NCBI GenBank assembly: GCA_964291415.2
Contig: OZ219918.1
Location: 608,001 to 672,000, forward strand
DNA length: 64,000 nt
Reading direction: 5' to 3'
From: Alphaproteobacteria bacterium
GTDB taxonomy: Bacteria; Pseudomonadota; Alphaproteobacteria; SP197
Shown: piece after piece, positions 57,273 through 64,000 of the stretch
How positions within the stretch are numbered: position 1 is the stretch's first letter
Layout: each line of letters begins with the position of its first letter
Notes under the pieces: model-generated
Seen by the model: the letters and a program-made list of their open reading frames with translations, nothing else
What the model was told of the DNA's origin: nothing
Database searches by the model: none
Translations under genes and position numbers: made by a program

Positions 57273-58322
57273 ATGACGGCGAACGACAAGCTCAAGGCCG
57301 TGGTGCTTGGCGCCAGCGGCTACACGGGTGCGGAACTCCTGCGTCTCGTGGCCACACACGGTGGCATCGAGATCGTTGCGCTGACCGCAGCGAGACGAGC
57401 CGGTTCGCCGCTGGGTGACGTCCACCCCCATCTTGACGGTCTCATGCTGCCGGACCTCGTGGCGGTCGATGACGTCGACTGGTCGGTGGTCGATGCCGTC
57501 TTCAGCTGTCTTCCCCATGGCACGGCGCAGGCCACCATCGCAAGCCTCCCCGGACATCTGAAGGTGGTCGATTTGTCCGCCGATTACCGACTTGGCGATC
57601 CGCGCGTCTACGCCGAATGGTACGGCAAGGAGCACGTGGCTCCCGGCCTTCAGCGAGATGCCGTCTACGGGCTGACCGAGATCAGGCGCGACGAGGTTGC
57701 CGCGGCGCGGCTGGTCGCCAACCCCGGCTGCTACACCACGACCGCGGAACTGGCACTCGTTCCCTGCCTTGAAGAAGGGCTGATTGACACGTCAGGAATC
57801 GTGATCGATGCCAAGTCCGGCGTCAGCGGTGCTGGCAGGGAAGCCCGGGAATCCAGTCTTCATACCGAGGTATCGGAGGGTTTCCGGGCCTACGGGATTG
57901 CCGGCCACCGGCATGCTCCCGAGATCGACCAGGAGCTGTCACGGGCCGCTGGCGAGACCGTGACCTGCACCTTCACGCCGCACCTCGTGCCGATGAACCG
58001 GGGCATCCTGGCGACGATCTACGTGTCGCTGAAGCCGGGAGTCGTGCACCAGGACTTGCGCGACGCCCTTGCCCGACGCTACCGGGACGCACCCTTCGTC
58101 CGTCTGACCCGGGAAGGAAGAGCTCCGTCGACTCAGGACGTGAGGGGTTCGAACCTGTGCCTCATCGGGATCTTCGCGGACCGCGTTCCCGGACGCGCCA
58201 TTCTCGTGTCGGCCCTCGACAACCTGGTCAAGGGCGCATCGGGACAGGCGCTCCAGAACATGAACGTCATGACCGGCCAGGATGAGACCCGGGGCCTTCC
58301 GCGCATCGCCGTCTTCCCCTGA
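57273..58322 (+). CDS. argC: N-acetyl-gamma-glutamyl-phosphate reductase
   Basis: GASGYTG, CLPHG, DLSADYR, ANPGCY, SGVSGAG, DNLVKGASGQA. Confidence 0.96.
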   Translation: MTANDKLKAVVLGASGYTGAELLRLVATHGGIEIVALTAARRAGSPLGDVHPHLDGLMLPDLVAVDDVDWSVVDAVFSCLPHGTAQATIASLPGHLKVVDLSADYRLGDPRVYAEWYGKEHVAPGLQRDAVYGLTEIRRDEVAAARLVANPGCYTTTAELALVPCLEEGLIDTSGIVIDAKSGVSGAGREARESSLHTEVSEGFRAYGIAGHRHAPEIDQELSRAAGETVTCTFTPHLVPMNRGILATIYVSLKPGVVHQDLRDALARRYRDAPFVRLTREGRAPSTQDVRGSNLCLIGIFADRVPGRAILVSALDNLVKGASGQALQNMNVMTGQDETRGLPRIAVFP

Positions 58323-58652
58323 TTCGCCGGGGCATGAAGCCGGGAATGCATGCCATTCGACGACGAAAAGGTTGAAGGCGCCAAGGCTCGGCACGAGACA
58401 TCCAGCCAGGCGAAACTGTCGATCCGCGTGAGGTCGATGGTGCGTCCGGTGTGCGCGACGGTCTCGAGCGACCGGTGCCTGACATCCCTGCGGCGGCCCG
58501 CGTGGCCCTGCCCACGCAATACGTGGTGTCGCCGGCCAGGGAGCCGCGGCTACAGGAAAGGCTGAACTATCCGTGAGCAGCCGTGCCGGGAACCGGTGCC
58601 TGGCTTGCGTGTGACGAGTTCGCGATGCCCATGTGCCTCGCCGGACGTCCGG

Positions 58653-59741
58653 TCAGTATCCGGCCTTGACTTCCTCGTACATGTTGACGAGGCGGTCGCG
58701 CAGGGTGGTTTCGAACTCCTTCGAAGCACGGGCTCCCGCAATCATGGAGGCGGGATCGGCAAGACCCTTCTCGTCGAGAACGTCGGACGCTACCAGGTCG
58801 AACGACTTGCGGTTGGTGTGCCCGTAGCCGTAATTCTCGATCAGCCACTTGCCGGTACCGGGTGCGAGCCAGGCATCGACATAGTCATAGGCGAGCTGTT
58901 CGTCTCCCGGCGCTTCGGCCAGGCGCACAAATCCCGTGACCCAGCTGTTCACACCCTCCCTCGGCGTGAGATAGGCCACCGGGACGCCTTCCTTGAGGAG
59001 ATCGCCGTACACCTGTGGCCAGGCCCAGGCCGCCACGACCTCACCAGCGGCAATTGACTGACCGAGCTGGGTCGGATCAGACCAGTAATACCGGATGAGC
59101 CGGCGTTGCTCGGTGAGGCTCTCCCGGATCGCCTCAAACTCTGCCTCGGTGGCATTGTAGGGATCGTCAATGCCGAGGACGAGTGCGGTGGTCTTCACTG
59201 CCGACTCCATTTCGGCGTTCATGGAGAGGCGGCCTTCGTACTGCTCGTCCCAGAGCAACGACCAGCTCGGCTCGATGGCGTCGACATCGACCATGTCCGA
59301 TCGGACGATCAGTGCGTTGATGCCCCAGTCCGTGGGCACGAGATACTGCTGGTCGTCGTACTGCGCACCCGCCATGGTCGGGAATTCCGCAAAAACATCC
59401 GGCCAGTGATCAAGGCGCGAGGTGTCCCAAGGCTGCAGGAGACCTGCATCGTAGAAGCGCCTGACGTCCCAGATGTTGGGATGAACCGTGTCACAGCGAA
59501 AACCCGCCTGAATCTTGTTGAACGCTTCGTGCACGTCCGCATAGACAGCGACATCGGGTGAGCCGCCGTGTGCGTCGATGTACTCCTGGTGAAGCTCCGG
59601 GATTTCGTAACCCGTCCAGTCGAACACCAGGAGGTCGGAGGCGGCGCCTGCCGGACGCGTTCCCAGGACAACGGGGAGAACACCCGCAGCGGCCAATCCC
59701 AACGTTGTTCGGCGATCGACCGAAACTCGACTGCTTCTCAT
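58653..59741 (-). CDS. Polyamine-type substrate-binding protein with Tat signal (third, distant paralog)
   Basis: VDRRTTL, FDWTGYE, PTDWG, PREG..W, YGYGHTN. Confidence 0.85.
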   Translation of the reverse strand: MRSSRVSVDRRTTLGLAAAGVLPVVLGTRPAGAASDLLVFDWTGYEIPELHQEYIDAHGGSPDVAVYADVHEAFNKIQAGFRCDTVHPNIWDVRRFYDAGLLQPWDTSRLDHWPDVFAEFPTMAGAQYDDQQYLVPTDWGINALIVRSDMVDVDAIEPSWSLLWDEQYEGRLSMNAEMESAVKTTALVLGIDDPYNATEAEFEAIRESLTEQRRLIRYYWSDPTQLGQSIAAGEVVAAWAWPQVYGDLLKEGVPVAYLTPREGVNSWVTGFVRLAEAPGDEQLAYDYVDAWLAPGTGKWLIENYGYGHTNRKSFDLVASDVLDEKGLADPASMIAGARASKEFETTLRDRLVNMYEEVKAGY

Positions 59742-60049
59742 TGATCCATCCTCCTATGTTGATGGGCTCTCCTTCGCATAACCACTTGTATCCGCTTCAC
59801 TGCCTTGCGGGAAGAATGTCAATCCGTGGTCCAGGTAGGAGTGCTGCGTCAAGTCCAGTCCGTCCGCGACATGCCGCTGGCCACACGGACCGGTGCGTAT
59901 GGCGTTGGGCAGCTTGAACGTGTCCTTGCCGCTACGGCCCTCAATGGTGGGCCCCGGCGCGGTCTGCTGTGCCTTCGTGACCGCGGAGGGTCGATGACAG
60001 GGGCTTCGTCGTCTGGCGCCGCGACGAGGCCTCCACGTCGGCCGATGCG

Positions 60050-60335
60050 GCTCTCGACGGGCTCAATGTGATCCATCCGAAAGATGACCTCGATGTCCTT
60101 GTGGCGATGGGGACTGAAGGCATCCGGCAAGGCTTGTGCTTCCACACTCTCATTCGATGATCTTGCGACCGTCTACGGGAACACCCTCAAGTCCAACTTT
60201 GGCGGAGCAGTGTCCCTCGGAGTCCCTATGCGGACCACACCGCTCAGGCCGGCGCAACGTACCCGCGGGGATCAACGCGACACTTCATCATGAGCAAGAC
60301 CGCTGTCCCGGGGGTGAACGCTGACGGGGCTCAGC
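60050..60335 (-). pseudogene. Possible decayed LysR regulator remnant
   Basis: Fragments in different frames: VSVHPRGQR, HDEVSR, LSGVVRIGTP, LPDAFSPHRHKDIEV, in the order of a LysR linker and substrate domain. Confidence 0.4.
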
Positions 60336-60557
60336 ATCGGTCCGGCTGACCTCTTGCTTGCCGGCAGGATCCGCGTTACCGAGGCAGGCACCACCATCGG
60401 CGTTCACGTCGCAGGGACTGTCTGCGAGGCCGGAGTCAGCCCGAAGATCTTCGCCCTGGCCTGTGAACCGAGCGCCAACGACCTGAGCACGCTTCGCGTG
60501 GGGCTTGCCGTGTTGCCATGGGACCACGAAGGCGCGGATGAACAGGAACAGGATGCC

Positions 60558-61718
60558 ATGAGGATCGCTGCCGTCGAGACATTCGCGCTCCACCACACGA
60601 TGCCCTACACATTGGCATTTGCGCGCGGAAGCTATTCGGAACGCGAGGCGTTGCTGGTCAAGATCACCACCGACGACGGAATTGTCGGCTGGGGGGAGTC
60701 GGCACTGTGGGGCGGTCCCTCGTCGGTGTCGCAGATCGTCATCGAAGAGGAGATCTTTCCGCTGATCGAAGGCGAGAGTCCGCTGCGACCCGAGTATGTC
60801 TGGGAAAAAGTCTACCAGGAGACCTACTACCACGGCCGCAAAGGCGTTCTTCTGGCTTGCCTTTCCGGGGTGGATATCGCCGTCTGGGACATATTCGGCA
60901 AGGTTGCGGGCAAGCCGCTCTGGCAGATATTCGGCGGTTTCGGCCGACCGGTCGAAAGCTACGCGAGCAGCGGCTACTACCGCGCAGACCGGACGATGGA
61001 CGATTTCGCGAACGAAATCTCCGGTTGGATCGCGCGGGGTTTCAAAGGCTACAAGATGAAGATTGGCAACACATCCGAGGTGATCCATGCAGGGGTGACC
61101 GGCGAGATACCGTTGCGCCGGAGCTTCGAGGATGACATCGCGCGGATTGCCGCTGCGCGTGCCGCCGCAGGCGAAGGGCGACTGTTTGTCGATGCCAATG
61201 CCTCACTCGACGCCGCACAGGCGATGCGCTATGCCGACCGTCTGGAAGCCTTGGACGTTGGCTGGTTCGAGGAGCCGGTGCAGCCCGAGAACATCGCCGG
61301 GGCCGTGAAGGTCGCTCAGCGGACGCGGATCCCGATCGCAGGCTTCGAGACTGAGACAAACAAGTTTACCTTCAAGCACCTGATGGACGCCGGTGCGATG
61401 CAGATCGTTCAGCCCGATGTCGTCCAGGTGGGAGGACTGACGGAGGCTCGCAAGATTGCGGCCTACGCACAGATGTGCCATCTCCCTTTCACGTCAAAGA
61501 ACTACTCGACCGTCATCAGCCAGGCTGCGGCACTGTCGCTACTCTACGCGATTCCGAACGGGCGCTGGTTCGAGCGCGAAGTCGACCCGCTACCGTGGCG
61601 CGACGAGATCGTCACGCAACCGGCGATCATCATCGACCAGGGATTTGCCATGCCGTCGCGTGCGCCAGGTCTTGGCGTCGAGATCGACGAAGCTGCGCTT
61701 GCGCGCTGGATCCGGTAA
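60558..61718 (+). CDS. Mandelate racemase/muconate lactonizing enzyme (enolase superfamily) protein
   Basis: GIVGWGE, SGVDIAVWD..GK, KMK, VDAN, WFEEP, QPDV, PGLGVEID. Confidence 0.9.
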   Translation: MRIAAVETFALHHTMPYTLAFARGSYSEREALLVKITTDDGIVGWGESALWGGPSSVSQIVIEEEIFPLIEGESPLRPEYVWEKVYQETYYHGRKGVLLACLSGVDIAVWDIFGKVAGKPLWQIFGGFGRPVESYASSGYYRADRTMDDFANEISGWIARGFKGYKMKIGNTSEVIHAGVTGEIPLRRSFEDDIARIAAARAAAGEGRLFVDANASLDAAQAMRYADRLEALDVGWFEEPVQPENIAGAVKVAQRTRIPIAGFETETNKFTFKHLMDAGAMQIVQPDVVQVGGLTEARKIAAYAQMCHLPFTSKNYSTVISQAAALSLLYAIPNGRWFEREVDPLPWRDEIVTQPAIIIDQGFAMPSRAPGLGVEIDEAALARWIR

Positions 61719-62055
61719 TCGTCAGACCTGTCGAAACGATCGCATGACCGTTGTCCGGACCCTTCCCGGCACGGACTCGCGGTTGCCGCACTCCGACATT
61801 CGAATGTGTCGCGATGACGCCACCACGAGATCGTCCACGCTGGTGCCGGCGGACTGATTGCCCGCCTCGCCGCGCGCCGCAGCGTCAGGTACACGTCCGC
61901 AGCGGATGCCCTGCGCGTCGACGAGACGAGCGCGGAAGTACTGCGTGTGAACTCGGTGTGCAGAAATCGCTACGTGCTGCCACCGCAACGGCCAAAGTCT
62001 GTGGCGACCCGGGACTTCGACGTCACCATACCCGCGGTAACCGGGAAACAGGGGT

Positions 62056-63834
62056 TCAGGTCTGCTGGCGGAGGTCCACCTTCACGTAGGTGCCGGGGGC
62101 ATCGGCGAGGGTGGGGAGTTTGCCGGCACCGGGCTGGCGTGCATCGACCATGCTGCCGCCTCTCCGGGCGAGCCATGCCTGCCAGTGGGGCCACCACGAA
62201 CCCTCGTGGTTCTGCGCACTGTCGAGCCAGTCTTGAGGATCGGCGGGTGTCGTGCGGTTGGTCCAGTATCCGTACTTCATCTTCGCCGGCGGATTGACGA
62301 CGCCCGCGACATGCCCGGACTTCGCCAGCGTGAAGACGGTCTTGCCCCTGAAGTGGCCGGTGGCGCGGTAGGTCGACTTCCAGGGTGCGATGTGGTCGTC
62401 CTGAGTCGACAGCAGATAGGCCGGCGTCTCGATGGCCGAGAGGTCGATCGGTGTGCCGCCGAGCTCCAGTGCACCAGGCTGAACGAGCAGGTTCTCGAGA
62501 TACATGCGCCGCAGGTAGTAGCTGTGCATGGCGGCGGGAAGCCGGGTCGAATCGCTGTTCCAGTAGAGAATGTCGAAGGGGAAGGGGTCCTTTCCCAGCA
62601 GATAGTTGTTGATGACGAAGGACCAGATGAGATCGTTGGCGCGCAGGGTGGAGAACACCGCAGCCATTTCGGAACCGTCAAGGAAGCCGCGTTCGTTCAT
62701 GGCGCTTTCGAGGCTGCTGATCTGGTCATCGTCAATGAAGATCTCGACGTTGCCGACGTCCTCAAATTCGACCAGCGTCGTCAGAAAGGTCGCCGAGGCG
62801 ACACGCCGGTCGCCCTTCACCGCCAGGTGCGCCAGTGTACAGGCGAGCAGGGTACCGCCGATGCAGTATCCCAGGGTGTTGATCCTGTCTTCTCCGGTGG
62901 CCTCGCCGATGGCATCGAGCGCGGCCACGGGTCCTTCGATCATGTAGTCCGCGAAGGTCTTGTCAGCGAGGGTGGCATCGGGATTGATCCAGGAGATGAC
63001 GAACACCGTGTGCCCCTGGTCGACCACCCAGCGCACGAACGAATTCTGCGGGCTCAAGTCCAGGATGTAGTACTTGTTGATCCATGGCGGGATGATCAGC
63101 AGGGGCCGCCGACGGACCTTTTCGGTCGTCGGTGCATACTGAATGAGCTCCATGAGATCATTGCGGAAGACGACCTTGCCTGGTGTGACCGCGATGTTGC
63201 CCCCCACCTCGAAGGCGTCCTCGTCGACCGTGCGGATGGCGAGGCGGCCCTTGCCCCTCTCGAGATCCTCGAGAAGGTTGGCAAGGCCCTTGACCAGGTT
63301 ATCGCCCTTGCTTTCGGCCGTGGCCCTCAGCACCTCCGGATTGGTCGCGGCAAAGTTGGTCGGGGACACGCCATCGATGAAGAGCCGGGTGTAGAAGTCG
63401 AGCTTGCGTTTCGACCGTGCGTCGAGTCCGTCGACAGTGCCCATCAAGGATTGCAGCCAGTTGGAGCACAACAGGTAGGACTGCTTGATGTGATCGAACG
63501 TGGCATCGCTGGACCACTGTTCATCGCGGAACCGCTTGTCGCCGGCCTCCGGCTCGATGACGGGCTCGACCTCCTCTCCCATCATTTTCCGGGTGGTCGT
63601 CTGCCAAAGGTTCATGTAGTCGCGCCACAGTCCGGCCTGGGCCTCGACGAGCTTCTCCGGGTCCTTCATCAGGCGGGTGAAGGCGTCCATGAACACCTCG
63701 TTCATGCGCCTCATGTCCTCCATGGATTGGTCCTGGTGGGACAGGAACTCCTGAACCAGCCGGCTGCTGCGCTCGGCGACAGCCTGCCAGTCCCGGGCAC
63801 TGAAGTCGGTCTCGGTCATCGTCTGCGGTTCCAT
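62056..63834 (-). CDS. phaC: Class I polyhydroxyalkanoate synthase
   Basis: DKRF, PPWINKYYILDL, GYCIGG lipase box, DHIAPW, SGHVAG, APGTYV. Confidence 0.96.
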   Translation of the reverse strand: MEPQTMTETDFSARDWQAVAERSSRLVQEFLSHQDQSMEDMRRMNEVFMDAFTRLMKDPEKLVEAQAGLWRDYMNLWQTTTRKMMGEEVEPVIEPEAGDKRFRDEQWSSDATFDHIKQSYLLCSNWLQSLMGTVDGLDARSKRKLDFYTRLFIDGVSPTNFAATNPEVLRATAESKGDNLVKGLANLLEDLERGKGRLAIRTVDEDAFEVGGNIAVTPGKVVFRNDLMELIQYAPTTEKVRRRPLLIIPPWINKYYILDLSPQNSFVRWVVDQGHTVFVISWINPDATLADKTFADYMIEGPVAALDAIGEATGEDRINTLGYCIGGTLLACTLAHLAVKGDRRVASATFLTTLVEFEDVGNVEIFIDDDQISSLESAMNERGFLDGSEMAAVFSTLRANDLIWSFVINNYLLGKDPFPFDILYWNSDSTRLPAAMHSYYLRRMYLENLLVQPGALELGGTPIDLSAIETPAYLLSTQDDHIAPWKSTYRATGHFRGKTVFTLAKSGHVAGVVNPPAKMKYGYWTNRTTPADPQDWLDSAQNHEGSWWPHWQAWLARRGGSMVDARQPGAGKLPTLADAPGTYVKVDLRQQT

Positions 63835-63925
63835 TTTCGGGAGTTCAAGGCCGGTTGAGCGACTGCCCCGGACGCGATAGGTTACCCTTGCGCGATCGGC
63901 AACCGTGCGAGATCAGGGTATACAA

Positions 63926-64000
63926 TGGCTCATCAGGCCACCTCAAGCGTGATGTTGCCGGGACGTGTCGTCCTGGTGCTTGCCGTCGCATTGTCGATGC
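63926..64000 (+). CDS. Possible 5' fragment of a secreted protein gene running off the window
   Basis: ATG then MAHQATSSVMLPGRVVLVLAVALSM, signal-like and open to the window end. Confidence 0.3.

Noticed and set aside
58323-58652. Possible gene or remnant between argC and the binding-protein gene
   Set aside because: Several short overlapping ORFs, none with a recognisable family signature
61719-62055. Possible gene remnant between the MR/MLE gene and phaC
   Set aside because: No convincing start, motif or repeat structure

Overview
GC-rich bacterial chromosomal window. Gene content and conserved neighbourhoods (cytochrome c/kdsB/pheA, xseA/purD, ribF-ileS-lspA-DUF3035-mutL, tadA/rluB/rsmD, class I phaC) point to an alphaproteobacterium, probably Rhodospirillales-like (inference). 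About 60 genes are identifiable, mostly housekeeping genes and solute transporters: peptide/Ni-type, ectoine-type EhuBCDA, Liv-type and three orphan polyamine-type binding proteins. I saw no rRNA, tRNA, CRISPR array or transposase. Most interesting: (1) a non-canonical ectoine-type utilisation operon, ehuBCDA followed by two PhyH dioxygenases and two DoeA/EutD-like hydrolases, with an upstream argE and a triplicated RBS; (2) a CopZ-like chaperone with a metallothionein-like Cys tail in a folD/decarboxylase/copA run whose enzymes carry non-canonical active-site motifs; (3) a ~470 bp duplication that keeps two intact 40-aa small ORFs while the duplicated gcvA-like fragment decayed; (4) an nfeD-nfeD-floA operon; (5) two toxin-antitoxin pairs sitting inside a transporter operon; (6) several single-base frameshifts that may be sequencing errors or pseudogenes. 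All calls are from reading motifs by eye; no database searches were run.
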